Notes: a model not told the origin generated them from the sequence alone. DNA of 64,000 nucleotides from a virus (IMGVR_UViG_3300021400_000141:257354-321353); one strand, 5' to 3'. Numbered from the stretch's first letter, positions 33,693 through 44,027 are shown. Made by a program: numbers and translations.

Positions 33693-35453
33693 ATGCGAAA
33701 GCAACTGATGAAACGGTCAGAGGAGCCTGTGGATGAAAGCCATCCGCCGTTATCTGATTCCTTGAAGAAACTTAACGATATCACACAGAATATCGAACAG
33801 GTTGACTTTTGGATGGAGGAATTCCCATCCAAGACGAAGGATAAAATTCTGTATGTTGCAAAGCGTGTTGGAAAAATCTTTCTCGACCCGACTATTGCTG
33901 TAAGTTTAATTGAATTTGCCTGCTCTGGATACACGAAGAAGGAAATACGGAACAGCGTTGCCCTTAGCTCAATCGATGCTGTTCGCAACGTATTGATGGC
34001 TAAGAAGTTCGGTGACATGATAGTGGACAAAATCAATGTCATAAAGGTGACCCAGACATCCCAAATTATTGACACTATTGAGGAACTGTATCCTAACCTG
34101 AAAAAATACAAGTACGATATAAAATACCCGTTTTCTATCCCGTTCTTCCCACAAACTTACATGTGGTTACTCGGCAAATCCTACTGGACAAAGAAACCAA
34201 TCAATGTATTCATACGTCAGTTAGGAAAGAATGTTACAATAAAGGTTGTAGATACCAATATATTGTTCAATGGCACCAATGGGATTGGTGAGCTTGCTGC
34301 CATGGACTCTCGTGGTGAACTTGTTCGCTACAATGACGATGTTCATGAGAAATTCTTCTACGCTTTGTTCGAACTTGATATCGACGACGATTCATTTCGA
34401 TTGATGGCAGCATATTCTATTAACCAATTGGAACAAAACGCCAAAGACAATATTATGCTCCATCTTGACTTTTCTTATGGTTCAGCCGCCAAAGGAAAAA
34501 ACAGTGCATATAAAAGACGGTTTTATGGAGAACAATGCGGAGCCAAGTCTGGCATGACGCTTAGCCAACTTATCGGCGCTGCTTTTCTTCAACAAAGTTT
34601 GGCGGAATATAGGTTTATGGCCGACGAACACGCTGAACCTGCAGAACAGAGGGCTAATGAAGGTTTCGTACATGGATTTGAGGCTCTTGTTCTTAATGAC
34701 GGCAATGGCGCTCGTGCATACACTTCTTTTATCGTCACTGCAATACCGTATGTAAAATATGCGGATTCCTTATCGTCTGAAACGAATGACGGCAAACTGG
34801 TTATGGACGGAGTAAGGTATATTCTGGAACACGGTGGCCATCGTGGTTATGCCTTTGTAGGAAAGCCAGGTAGCGGCAAAACGACATTGATGAACCGTAT
34901 CGTGCAGGAATTTTCCGATAAGGCGAATTTTGTCGTATTGGGAAAGGATGATGTGGGTGCGATGAATCCGTATTCTGTATCTGGATTGTGTGCACTATTG
35001 GGAAATGTGATAATCTTAGTTGATGATATCGATTCCGTGGACTTTGAGGTCAAGAACAACAACGTCGATGTATTGATTCGGTTGTTTAGCGACCTGAACA
35101 CGCTTGATTGTAACTATGTGTTTATCTGCACAGCGAATAATGCTTCGAAAATAAATAAGTGCCTTATCGGTCGTGCAGACAGAATCGACGAAGTGGTAAA
35201 CTTCGACGGCGTTACCTCGGAAGAGGCCAAGAAGTTCTTTGAAGATAAGTTCTCGGGGCAGGATTTCAGCCAATCGTGTGAGCGGCTATTCCAGCAGATT
35301 CAAGATGAAGGCATGACTTACTCGGACCTTGGTAACCTCGTTCAGCTGGTTACAATCTATTTCGATGGAAAGGTGACGTGTGATTCTCTTTCCTTCGCAA
35401 TTAAACGGGTTGTTGATACGAAGAAACTATCCAACAGTGCGGATACGGTTTGA
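33693..35453 (+). CDS. AAA+ ATPase
   Basis: Walker A GKPGSGKTT, Walker B ILVDDID, sensor TANN and GRADRID. Confidence 0.85.
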   Translation: MRKQLMKRSEEPVDESHPPLSDSLKKLNDITQNIEQVDFWMEEFPSKTKDKILYVAKRVGKIFLDPTIAVSLIEFACSGYTKKEIRNSVALSSIDAVRNVLMAKKFGDMIVDKINVIKVTQTSQIIDTIEELYPNLKKYKYDIKYPFSIPFFPQTYMWLLGKSYWTKKPINVFIRQLGKNVTIKVVDTNILFNGTNGIGELAAMDSRGELVRYNDDVHEKFFYALFELDIDDDSFRLMAAYSINQLEQNAKDNIMLHLDFSYGSAAKGKNSAYKRRFYGEQCGAKSGMTLSQLIGAAFLQQSLAEYRFMADEHAEPAEQRANEGFVHGFEALVLNDGNGARAYTSFIVTAIPYVKYADSLSSETNDGKLVMDGVRYILEHGGHRGYAFVGKPGSGKTTLMNRIVQEFSDKANFVVLGKDDVGAMNPYSVSGLCALLGNVIILVDDIDSVDFEVKNNNVDVLIRLFSDLNTLDCNYVFICTANNASKINKCLIGRADRIDEVVNFDGVTSEEAKKFFEDKFSGQDFSQSCERLFQQIQDEGMTYSDLGNLVQLVTIYFDGKVTCDSLSFAIKRVVDTKKLSNSADTV

Positions 35454-35492
35454 TGCGGTAGGTGTAAAACAGAAAAAAGAAAAGAGGAAATA

Positions 35493-35855
35493 ATGGAAGT
35501 TAATGTATATGTTCGGAAAGGTTCTCCGTGGATTTGTGCGGTGTGTCCCAAATGCGGTCACGCTGTATACCCATCTGAAAATTACTGCAAGGAATGTGGT
35601 ACAAAGCTGGAGTTCAATGATTTCCTCAAAGTAAGTCACACTCGTGGACCTATTCTTAGGAGCCATGAATGGGTAAGATACATTCCTAACAAAATGGAGA
35701 ATCTAAAGAATTTCTTGTATGAATTGAAGAAGCTTGAACAGGCGCATCAAATTGAAGATACCAGCATGGTTAAAATCATGCGTGATGCCTATTACAAGAC
35801 GTGTGCTGACGAGTTGTTTAAACTGGAGGGGCCAAATGAAGTTGTATCTAAATAA
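35493..35855 (+). CDS. Zinc-ribbon protein
   Basis: CPKCG...CKECG. Confidence 0.65.
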   Translation: MEVNVYVRKGSPWICAVCPKCGHAVYPSENYCKECGTKLEFNDFLKVSHTRGPILRSHEWVRYIPNKMENLKNFLYELKKLEQAHQIEDTSMVKIMRDAYYKTCADELFKLEGPNEVVSK

Positions 35856-36470
35856 CGGAACAATGATTGAATGCACAGTAGATGAATTCGAAGAACTCTA
35901 CGCAAGGGGATACCTTGGCGAAAACGGGATGCAGAAAGCGCTTGACGATTTCATGAAAGGTGTTCCAGGCAATCCTATCCCGCAAACGCCAATCAAGTTT
36001 CCTCAAAATACGGAAATAATGTTGTATGGTTGTGGCTTTCCGTCACCTCTCGCTGACCAACCACACGTTTACAGTTCTGGAACGCAAGGTATTGATGCAA
36101 CTTCTCCAACGGACAAGAGTGACAAATGACCATAACGACCGTAGCAGACTTGGTTGAACGGCTTCAAAAGATGCCGCAAGACTTGCCCGTAGTTGATATG
36201 GGGAAGATGCCGTTTGAAGATGTGTTCGAAGACATCAAGTATTACGACGATGGGCGAGAAGAGAAAGTCGTTGTCGTGTACTAATAGGAGAATATCTAAT
36301 GCCGCAAAATGTTCCTGAACGACCGAAGATGGAAATTGTCATCGACAATGGAATTTTTGACCCAATCGTACGGCTATTGGTAAAGCTTGGCCTGTGCCAT
36401 CAAAAGGAACGGTTTAAAGCCGAACATCCAAATGCCAATGTAAGATACCAATGGGAATATCACAAATAAG

Positions 36471-36501
36471 AAGAAAGCTCCGTTTGAACGGAGCTTTTTC
36501 T
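36471..36501. terminator. Bidirectional terminator
   Basis: AAGAAAGCTCCGTT-TG-AACGGAGCTTTTT between convergent genes. Confidence 0.7.
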
Positions 36502-37527
36502 TTACCATCCCCCGAGCAATTTCTCGCAAGGTTGATAGGACGGGGACTCGGTAACGTTGTCCACGCACTCTGGAACTTCGGGAGGCCTGAACAGGACATC
36601 CTTTTTGAGCTCGTCCACAGTTGCGTTGACCGCGAAGGGGTATTCCGCTTGGGTTGTCGGCTTTGCCGCATCCGCTCCTGATTCCAGTTCTCCCTTCTCG
36701 TATGTAGTCTTTCCGAGGAGGTTGTTGATGAAGTTCTCCTGTTCGGGCTTCTTCAAAACGTCGTCCGATACCTTCTGTCCAGAATCCACTGCCGTATCCA
36801 CGAAAACCTTCCACCAGTACTTTCTTTGCTTGTACTCGAATTCAGGCTGCTCGTCGGAAATCTTGGTTACCTGATACAAGATGTTGTTGAACTCGAACTT
36901 GAGCATATCGCCAGCCTTGGGGAAAATCTGCTGTGCGGTATAACCATAGTAACGGAAGTCTTCATAGCCACGCTGATACCAGATTGGGTTGTGCTCTGTC
37001 GGGGCACATGCTGGCTTGATGCCATGTTCTCTAAGAGACTGGTAGTTGCATTCGAGGAAGTAGGTCATCAGGAATTGCAGTTCCATCTTGCCGTCGAACT
37101 GGATGCCGTACCTGTCGTACAGCTCCTTTTGCGGCTGGAAACCGATTAGCACCTGGAAGTCGAACTCTCTGTCAACGGTACGCAAGTTGTCCTCGTGGAA
37201 CAATGAGTTGCTGTCCACGTCCATAGTAACGGTGTAATACTTGATGAATACACCCTGACGCTTGACAAAGTCGGAAGACATCCTGTCGTAACGTTCTTGG
37301 TCAAGGAATGCGTTGTGCCTGCGGTAGTGGAACCTCACCCCGAGGTTCCTGTCACGAGACATCACTGGGTTGTTAATCTGTGCCTTTTCTGAACGTTCGA
37401 CGTAGGCTCCAAGTCTGTCGTTCCACAGATGTTCGGAAACGTGGGTAAGAACCGAGAAGTTTTTCCTCTCCTCGTTCCTAGCTCGGCAGTTTCCCCTTAC
37501 GGGTATGATGAATCCGTTTACCTTCAT
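36502..37527 (-). CDS. Neck/head-completion protein (T4 gp14-like)
   Basis: DSNSLFHED, YDRYGIQFDG and PKAGDMLKFEFNNILYQV resemble gp14 motifs; late motif at 37533 (-). Confidence 0.6.
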   Translation of the reverse strand: MKVNGFIIPVRGNCRARNEERKNFSVLTHVSEHLWNDRLGAYVERSEKAQINNPVMSRDRNLGVRFHYRRHNAFLDQERYDRMSSDFVKRQGVFIKYYTVTMDVDSNSLFHEDNLRTVDREFDFQVLIGFQPQKELYDRYGIQFDGKMELQFLMTYFLECNYQSLREHGIKPACAPTEHNPIWYQRGYEDFRYYGYTAQQIFPKAGDMLKFEFNNILYQVTKISDEQPEFEYKQRKYWWKVFVDTAVDSGQKVSDDVLKKPEQENFINNLLGKTTYEKGELESGADAAKPTTQAEYPFAVNATVDELKKDVLFRPPEVPECVDNVTESPSYQPCEKLLGGW

Positions 37528-37551
37528 GCAAATAGTTTATAAACTATTGGT

Positions 37552-38082
37552 ATGGACACGAAACTGTTTTTTGAATCTATAGGAAAGCTCGGCCTTTCCG
37601 AGGCTCAGTTGGAAGCCATCAAGCGTCTGCATAAGGCGTGTTTCGAAGGCTTTGAACGAAACCTGCCATTGTCCCCGTCTGAGAACCACAACATACATGA
37701 CGCAATACAGGCACCTATTGCAACAAACAGTTCTCATTCTAACGACATGGGTGCTTACCAGAACCCGATGAACCTTTCCACGAACCCGAACGCAAATCGT
37801 GACCCGAAAGAGGAAATGAAGAAGCTGTTCCCCCCAGGCAAGATTGTGTGGCAGCGTGAAAAGATTCAGCCGAATCCTAAAATAAAGGAGATGATGGATG
37901 CGGCGAACAAGCGTATTCCTCAAAGATACCCAGTCGCCAATTTCAACGCTTCTAACTTGCCGATGGTATGTGGATACGCTGCACCGAACAGGATGAACTA
38001 CTCTCCGTACAAACAGGGTTGTGCTGTTGGTGTTTACGATGGTGGCGGCGGTGGCGGTGCTGCTGGCGGCCCGACGGTATAG
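37552..38082 (+). CDS. Hypothetical protein with the shared N-terminal leader
   Basis: MDTKLFFESIGKLGLSEAQLEAIKRLHKACFEG. Confidence 0.7.
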   Translation: MDTKLFFESIGKLGLSEAQLEAIKRLHKACFEGFERNLPLSPSENHNIHDAIQAPIATNSSHSNDMGAYQNPMNLSTNPNANRDPKEEMKKLFPPGKIVWQREKIQPNPKIKEMMDAANKRIPQRYPVANFNASNLPMVCGYAAPNRMNYSPYKQGCAVGVYDGGGGGGAAGGPTV

Positions 38083-38083
38083 T

Positions 38084-38812
38084 ATGTACAACGTAACAAC
38101 AAAAAAGAACCGAGCTATCGAATACTTGGTAATTCATTATACCGCTGGTACGAGTTCCAAGGCTGGAACGGCAAAGTGGATTGCAACTTCTTTTGGAAAG
38201 CAGTCCAAAAAAGCAAGCGCTGACTTTATAGTAGACCAAGCTGAGGTTGTACAGTTTAATCCAGACATAAGGAACCAGTATTGCTGGGCAGTTGGTGACA
38301 AGTTATACAAGACATTTACCACATCGCTTGGTGGAACCTTGTACAAGAAGGCGTGTAACGCCAACTGCATTTCTATTGAGATGTGTTCTGACAAGAAGAA
38401 TACCAAGTCTCTTAAAGTGACTGATACTGACTGGATTATTTCGGACAAGGTTATCGAACGTACCGCATTGCTTGCAAAGAAGCTCATGAAGGAATACGAT
38501 ATTCCTCTCGACCACGTAATCATGCACCATTGCATTAGCGGAAAACAATGCCCGCAACCGTGGACGAGGGACGAGGATAGCCTTTCTAACTGGTATGACT
38601 TTCTGAAAATCATCGGCAAAGAAAAGCTTCCGAGAAACCCGTTGTATTCTGGTATGACAACGGCCAACCTGAATTGCCGTGAAGCACCCATTGTAGGTGA
38701 TGTCGTAACGAAATACGAGAAGGACACCCAGATAAGCATTTATGCCGAGAGGCGTGGGTGGGGCCGAACCACTGACGGGTGGGTTTCACTCAACTATGTT
38801 GAACGTATATGA
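38084..38812 (+). CDS. N-acetylmuramoyl-L-alanine amidase (Amidase_2) with C-terminal SH3b domain
   Basis: YLVIHYTA, NANCISIEMC, VIMHH..SGKQCP; C-terminal LNCREAP...GWGRTTDGWVSLNYV. Confidence 0.85.
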   Translation: MYNVTTKKNRAIEYLVIHYTAGTSSKAGTAKWIATSFGKQSKKASADFIVDQAEVVQFNPDIRNQYCWAVGDKLYKTFTTSLGGTLYKKACNANCISIEMCSDKKNTKSLKVTDTDWIISDKVIERTALLAKKLMKEYDIPLDHVIMHHCISGKQCPQPWTRDEDSLSNWYDFLKIIGKEKLPRNPLYSGMTTANLNCREAPIVGDVVTKYEKDTQISIYAERRGWGRTTDGWVSLNYVERI

Positions 38813-38904
38813 AGAAAGCGGGTGTTGAACCCGCCTTTTTCATACCTTGCCCGTTATCAATAAGAGTGTTATGACGACGATTGCGAAAGTTATCAGAGGA
38901 TATA

Positions 38905-39102
38905 TCATGTAGTTTCGACCGACGAATTACCGTCGCCAAGGTCTTTGTCAACGGACTTCCAGTCCTTCTCGACGTATTGAGGCTCGTCGTCGTTATCCTC
39001 TTGGAACGCTACGTCGTGAAGTTCTTCGATAACTGATTCCATTGCCGCTGGCAAGTTCAACTTTCTGATTTCTGCTTCGAACATTTGTTTCTTCAATGAC
39101 AT
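38905..39102 (-). CDS. Small protein consisting mostly of the shared leader
   Basis: MSLKKQMFEAEIRKLNLPAAMESVIEELHDVAFQE. Confidence 0.55.
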   Translation of the reverse strand: MSLKKQMFEAEIRKLNLPAAMESVIEELHDVAFQEDNDDEPQYVEKDWKSVDKDLGDGNSSVETT

Positions 39103-39111
39103 ATTGTCCTC

Positions 39112-39891
39112 CTAGATTGCTCCGAGACGCTTTGCCTCGTCGATGTCTCTCTTGTTCATAATGTAGTAGCCGTTACGGTTCTCTTCCGTATTGTTCTTTA
39201 ATGCACCGAACCTGTAACGATAAGCGTCGATGTCGTGCGGTGCTGCTGTTCCCGTCACTTCAAGCTCGTGCATGGGAACGAACTGCTCGGCAAACTGGTT
39301 CATATCGGCTTCGTTCTTGAAACGGATTACGTCAACCTTGCTGTCGTTGTCCTTGTCCTTGATGAACATTAGTCTGGACTCGCTCAGCTCGTCGTATTCC
39401 TTCTTGTTCTTCATGAGGTCGTCTGCGTGGCGTGCCTTCATGCTCGAATCGTTTGTCGTGGTCACGTTGTATTTGCCGCCAGACATGCGGTTGATTTCGT
39501 TCATCTTGTTCGTGAACGATGTTCCGTGCATGTTGGAACCCCACTGTGCCTTCGGGATGGTTACGTACTGCCAGATGTGAATCATTTCGTGAAGCAGGAC
39601 TTCCTCCGCCTCAGTCTCGGTGATGTCGTTAAAATAACTAGACAGACGGATTTTCAGTTGACTTACGAAGTTGTCTCCTACTGAAATGCTTCCTGCGGAC
39701 GGCCTGTTGCTGACGATGCACGAAGCGTCGCCGACAGCGTTTTGCGTTCCAGACATCTCGAACTTGATGTCCTTCGGGAGCTTCCCGCCAAAGAACCGAG
39801 AGTTGAACTCGTCGTACTTCCGTTTAGCCCACTCGCTGGATATACGAAGGTTCGTGTCCAGCTTGTCGATGCGTTCAAAAAGAGAATTCAT
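39112..39891 (-). CDS. SprT-like zinc metalloprotease
   Basis: YDEFNSRFFGGKLP and LLHEMIH (HExxH), MHGTSF. Confidence 0.85.
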   Translation of the reverse strand: MNSLFERIDKLDTNLRISSEWAKRKYDEFNSRFFGGKLPKDIKFEMSGTQNAVGDASCIVSNRPSAGSISVGDNFVSQLKIRLSSYFNDITETEAEEVLLHEMIHIWQYVTIPKAQWGSNMHGTSFTNKMNEINRMSGGKYNVTTTNDSSMKARHADDLMKNKKEYDELSESRLMFIKDKDNDSKVDVIRFKNEADMNQFAEQFVPMHELEVTGTAAPHDIDAYRYRFGALKNNTEENRNGYYIMNKRDIDEAKRLGAI

Positions 39892-39929
39892 TTTACAACC
39901 TCTATCTGTTTACAGTTTATAAACTCTAT

Positions 39930-40295
39930 GTGTTGAAGGGGGCCGATATGCAAGCGATAATGCAAAATAAACAGATTATAGACCAGAATGCACCTAAGCT
40001 GCTAATCAACTACGATGTTGCCGAGATGATACAGCGGGCGGTAGATGTTCTGAAACGCTTCGGAAAGAATGTCCAAGAAGTCGAACTGATGGGCAAGAAG
40101 ATGCACGGGATATGCTATCAGGATTCCGTCGTCACCATCCTGTCGGACAGGATGAAGCGGCATTTTTCCGTGTATCGCAACCGTACTGGAACACTCGTAG
40201 CGACCATTATGGACGGTTCTGTGAACTCCTACCACTGGGAGATAATGTTCATCGACACCCATCTGAAACATCTGCTCGAAAAAGAAAGTTCTTGA
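39930..40295 (+). CDS. Hypothetical protein
   Basis: ORF after a TATAAACTC variant motif. Confidence 0.55.
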   Translation: MLKGADMQAIMQNKQIIDQNAPKLLINYDVAEMIQRAVDVLKRFGKNVQEVELMGKKMHGICYQDSVVTILSDRMKRHFSVYRNRTGTLVATIMDGSVNSYHWEIMFIDTHLKHLLEKESS

Positions 40296-40320
40296 CACTG
40301 TGTCCTTCATATTCTATCTT
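40292..40320 (+). promoter_or_regulatory. Host sigma70-type promoter
   Basis: TTGACA-N17-TATCTT. Confidence 0.55.
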
Positions 40321-40326
40321 TTAGGC

Positions 40327-41127
40327 ATGAAGGCCTTTATTTTCTCGGATTTTCACTACGACTACTACAGGAAGGAGATGACGATTGACACCTTTGTGTC
40401 CAAGTTCCTTCCCGCAGACATGCTGATTGTCCCAGGCGATATTGCAAGCAAGTTCAATGCTGCACGAGAGATACTCAAACGGCTATGCGACATGTACAAG
40501 CATGTCATTTTCTGTCTCGGAAACCACGACATGACAACTCATGTTGACTACGGCAAGTTCAATACGACCGAAGAAAAGATTGAAAGTTTCCACAAGCTGG
40601 CCGACTCCATAGACAACCTCCACATGCTGGACGGAAACGCAGAAACCATCTGCGGTGTAACCATAGGTGGCTGCACTGGCATATGGGACTACACCTACCT
40701 GAGATACCTCGACACTCCCCATACAAAGCAGGAAGTTGACAGCAACTGGGTTGCCAACACGTACGACGGCAAGTATTGGAACTACATGGATAACGACATC
40801 ACTCGTATCAGAGAGAGGATGAACCAGCAGTGCAGGTCCGTCCTCTCCATGAAGCCCGATGTCATGGTCACCCACTTCGCCCCGATAAATTTCCGCCTGC
40901 CAGACGAGCATGCTAGGTTCAACTCGGTCTACTACTATTTCTCGCCTGAATATATCGACATGCTGAAACCAGGTTCCATCTGGTGTGCGGGCCATACCCA
41001 TACCGCATACAATGTCGGAAACCTCTATATCAACCCGTTGGGATACCCTGATGAGAACCCCTACGAGTTCAACTCTCTAAAAAAAGAAGATTTCGTGATA
41101 GATTTGCCGCACAATAATTTATTTTAG
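40327..41127 (+). CDS. Calcineurin-like metallophosphoesterase
   Basis: SDFH, GDI, GNHD, VTHFAP and GHTH motifs. Confidence 0.9.
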   Translation: MKAFIFSDFHYDYYRKEMTIDTFVSKFLPADMLIVPGDIASKFNAAREILKRLCDMYKHVIFCLGNHDMTTHVDYGKFNTTEEKIESFHKLADSIDNLHMLDGNAETICGVTIGGCTGIWDYTYLRYLDTPHTKQEVDSNWVANTYDGKYWNYMDNDITRIRERMNQQCRSVLSMKPDVMVTHFAPINFRLPDEHARFNSVYYYFSPEYIDMLKPGSIWCAGHTHTAYNVGNLYINPLGYPDENPYEFNSLKKEDFVIDLPHNNLF

Positions 41128-41151
41128 TGTATTACACTAAGGAGACCGCAA

Positions 41152-41808
41152 ATGCAAGAAGTAGATAACGCTACCGACAGCGTGAGAAATCACAATGTAG
41201 GCAATTCCGACTATGCAAAACACAAAATCCAGCCGTGGGATGTATGGATTGAGTTCCAGTTGAACCCGTTCGATGCAGACCTCGTCAAGAGGACGCTCCG
41301 CACGAAGGCTGAGGGTGGCATGACACAGGCTGAGGCAAGAAAGCTCGACTACGAGAAAATCGTACATATTTCGTCAGAGCGCATCCGCCAGATTAAGACG
41401 GGTGTCTATTGGCCGAGCCAAACCGAGCTGCCGAACGGTTCACGTGTCGATTCAATCATCGCAGAGTACAATCTCTGCCCGAAGGATGCTCTTATCCTAG
41501 ACACCCTCCTCATGAGGGAGGATGATAATGGGGAAGACCGCATCAAGCAGTACGAAACCGTAATTGAATGTGCACAGTCCCGTATCGCAGAAATGGATTC
41601 TCTTATTGCTCATGAAAATTATGGCAAGAAAACGGCAAAAAAGACCGATAATAGAGAAATTCTTATCAAAGATGCCGAAAAAACGGCAAAAGATTGCCTC
41701 AAAAAAATTTCGGAGGGAATGTCAACATATAAACAATTATCAAAGTCGATGGAATCGCTGTTGACAAAAATCGCTTCCAGAGACCAGATTGACTTGTTTA
41801 ACAATTAA
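41152..41808 (+). CDS. DUF3310-like phage protein
   Basis: HNVGNSDYAKHKIQPWDVW N-terminal motif. Confidence 0.55.
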   Translation: MQEVDNATDSVRNHNVGNSDYAKHKIQPWDVWIEFQLNPFDADLVKRTLRTKAEGGMTQAEARKLDYEKIVHISSERIRQIKTGVYWPSQTELPNGSRVDSIIAEYNLCPKDALILDTLLMREDDNGEDRIKQYETVIECAQSRIAEMDSLIAHENYGKKTAKKTDNREILIKDAEKTAKDCLKKISEGMSTYKQLSKSMESLLTKIASRDQIDLFNN

Positions 41809-41825
41809 CCTGAGAGGGAGACATT

Positions 41826-42440
41826 ATGAGCGTTTACGAAGACATGAATGTCATCAACCTGTCCGTTCTGGATGAGGCTGCCCTTTCAGAGTTCTTTACG
41901 AACAACGTAAACAAGCACTTCTGGTTCCAGCGTACTGACATCGGCCTTGAATTGAAGTATAATACGGTATTGGAACAGACAGGGCATCTTTGGTGGAAGA
42001 AGTTTAGACGAGCTGCAAAGTTGGCTAACTTCACACCGCCAGAAGGGGATGACTACAACGTGTGTTCCGATATCGCCAAACAGTTTGGACATCTTATCGA
42101 AGAACACTTGCCGAGCGGTTACGAAATCACCATCATGGCAACGTTGAAGTTCATCCGAATCGATAACCCCTACAAGGGTACATATCGACAACCAGTCTAC
42201 GATTACAACGTAGTGAACGTGGTGGACAGAAACAGTAACCGACAGCTATCGATGGAAGAAATCATTGATATCTGCGGCAAGGCCAAGCTAAGGGCACCCG
42301 ATTTCGAAGTCGGAGAATACATGTTCCTAAGTCTTGGCGAGATGTTCAAATCCTTTGAGTCGTTCAAAAAGTACGTTCGAGATTGTGATAAAGACAGTTA
42401 CGAACTGATAGCTTTCCGAGCGACGGAAGAAATTCGATAA
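41826..42440 (+). CDS. Hypothetical protein
   Basis: 204-aa ORF with SD. Confidence 0.65.
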   Translation: MSVYEDMNVINLSVLDEAALSEFFTNNVNKHFWFQRTDIGLELKYNTVLEQTGHLWWKKFRRAAKLANFTPPEGDDYNVCSDIAKQFGHLIEEHLPSGYEITIMATLKFIRIDNPYKGTYRQPVYDYNVVNVVDRNSNRQLSMEEIIDICGKAKLRAPDFEVGEYMFLSLGEMFKSFESFKKYVRDCDKDSYELIAFRATEEIR

Positions 42441-42467
42441 AAAAGTTAAAAAAATCGAATTCACCCC

Positions 42468-42496
42468 TTGACAAAGCATTTGAATATTTCTATAAT
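42468..42496 (+). promoter_or_regulatory. Consensus sigma70 promoter driving the first tRNA operon
   Basis: TTGACA-N17-TATAAT, perfect consensus. Confidence 0.85.
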
Positions 42497-42551
42497 TGAC
42501 GCCAGAGAGGAACTGTCAGGGTTTCCACCCTACAAGTTCCTGCGTCGGATG

Positions 42552-42595
42552 GGGCCGTGAGCCCTGTCAGAAGATTGACATTTCGGTTTTGCAAT
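42552..42595 (+). promoter_or_regulatory. Leader hairpin (CGUGA loop) plus 23-nt conserved motif, boxB/boxA-like
   Basis: Repeated at 46987-47033 with 22 of 23 identical bases in the motif. Confidence 0.55.
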
Positions 42596-42885
42596 AATAG
42601 TTGCTAGGTTGATAACCTGACCCACGCCTGATAGTCTCGGCAATGGACTTGGATGGGTGTTAAATAATCTTGAATGCTAAGAACGGTGTTCCCATAGGTG
42701 AGGGAACCGCCGACAGCAATGTCGGAGACGCCTTGTTCGATACAGGTTGGAAGGCATCGTTCTTGCGTTCTCTTTTTCGGGGGTCTTCATATGGAGGTCT
42801 CCGAACAAGGGAACGTCAGCGTTTCCTAGCGGCCAATAACCGCTATGCCGTTCAACGGTGGTGCCGGAAGCACCTTAAAAACTTG

Positions 42886-42959
42886 CGGGGTGTAGCTCAG
42901 TCTGGTAGAGCGCCTGCTTTGGGAGCAGGATGTCGTCAGTTCGAATCTGGCTACCCCGA
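42886..42959 (+). tRNA. tRNA-Pro(TGG)
   Basis: Cloverleaf; CCTGC-TTTGGGA-GCAGG. Confidence 0.9.
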
Positions 42960-43039
42960 CTATTTATAGGGAATGCAATGTCATTGGATACTCCGATGGG
43001 TATAAACTATTGTATATGTTTAATCTATTCGGAGCATTT

Positions 43040-43360
43040 ATGAATAGCAATGAAAAAATATATACAGCTTTCATGGAAAGTGTATGTACCCAGTTCAACT
43101 GCATGAATGCATTTCCTGCTCTCAACGAGGGATTTAGTGCTTTGTGCGAGGCGGAAACCTTTGAACCATCTGGTGATATGCAGAAGGAACTTGAGGGTTC
43201 TGCTCGTCAGAATAAGGAGAAGGGTGCGGTTGATATGCTGAGGAGGATGGCTCTATTCCTTGATGAAAAGAACATGCTTGGCGAATTTGCATTAGAAAAC
43301 CAAGACTTATACAAATATATTAACATTTTTGATTTAACTGGCAATCACGACCAATCCTAA
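43040..43360 (+). CDS. Hypothetical protein inside the tRNA array
   Basis: SD GGAG; TATAAACTA at 43001. Confidence 0.6.
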   Translation: MNSNEKIYTAFMESVCTQFNCMNAFPALNEGFSALCEAETFEPSGDMQKELEGSARQNKEKGAVDMLRRMALFLDEKNMLGEFALENQDLYKYINIFDLTGNHDQS

Positions 43361-43676
43361 GTTCTTTGTGTAAATTTCAGAGTGGTGGAGATTTCTCCAC
43401 CATAATGATGACTACTGTGTATAACACTTTGGTTATACGCTTGTGGAAAAGTGGATTTCGACAGTTTGCGGACACGGCGGTTAACAGTCGGCGTCCGACG
43501 CCACAACCAAAAAACAAATTGTCTATAATGGTAACAGGCTGGCGGTGTCCACTGGTCTCCATTCGGTGATTACCCGTCGTTGGCGGTAGGTTCGTGAGTT
43601 TTGAGTAAAGCTCTCTGCGTCCAATCCTGACGCACCCGTGACAACACGTGAAAGGGGTGGTGCCCATGGGTCTTGT

Positions 43677-43749
43677 TGGCATGTAGTTCAGTTGGTAGAA
43701 CGGGCGACTGTTAATCGCCAAGTCACTGGTTCGAGTCCAGTCTTGCCAG
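43677..43749 (+). tRNA. tRNA-Asn(GTT)
   Basis: Cloverleaf; GGCGA-CTGTTAA-TCGCC. Confidence 0.9.
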
Positions 43750-44027
43750 TTAAATTGGAACTTTGGGTCGCTCCCAAAGAACTCCGCAGGTGAAAAGCGG
43801 CCCCTAATAACTTGTGATAATTGCGTGGTAGCTCCATCGCAGGATACCCAAGCGAAAAGGGCAGCCTATTAGCCTGAGCATTTAAAAACGGGGCTCCGCA
43901 GGTGTTTAGCATTTACTCTGCGGAGAAGATGAAGGTCCTGGCGTCCAATGCTTGTATAAGTCAGTTCGACCATGCATCAGTGAAGTTTTTATCCATTTGT
44001 GCGGATATCGACCGTTCTTCACATTTT

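Noticed and set aside
43376-43670. tmRNA (GGATTTCGAC and CTCCACCA present)
   Set aside because: CTCCACCA is locked in a local hairpin with no preceding T-arm, and no acceptor pairing or convincing tag frame was found. It remains an unclassified ncRNA candidate.
43780-43930. Tandem CTCCGCAGGTG repeat resembling a glycine riboswitch
   Set aside because: The other conserved aptamer elements are missing and no downstream coding gene is present to regulate.
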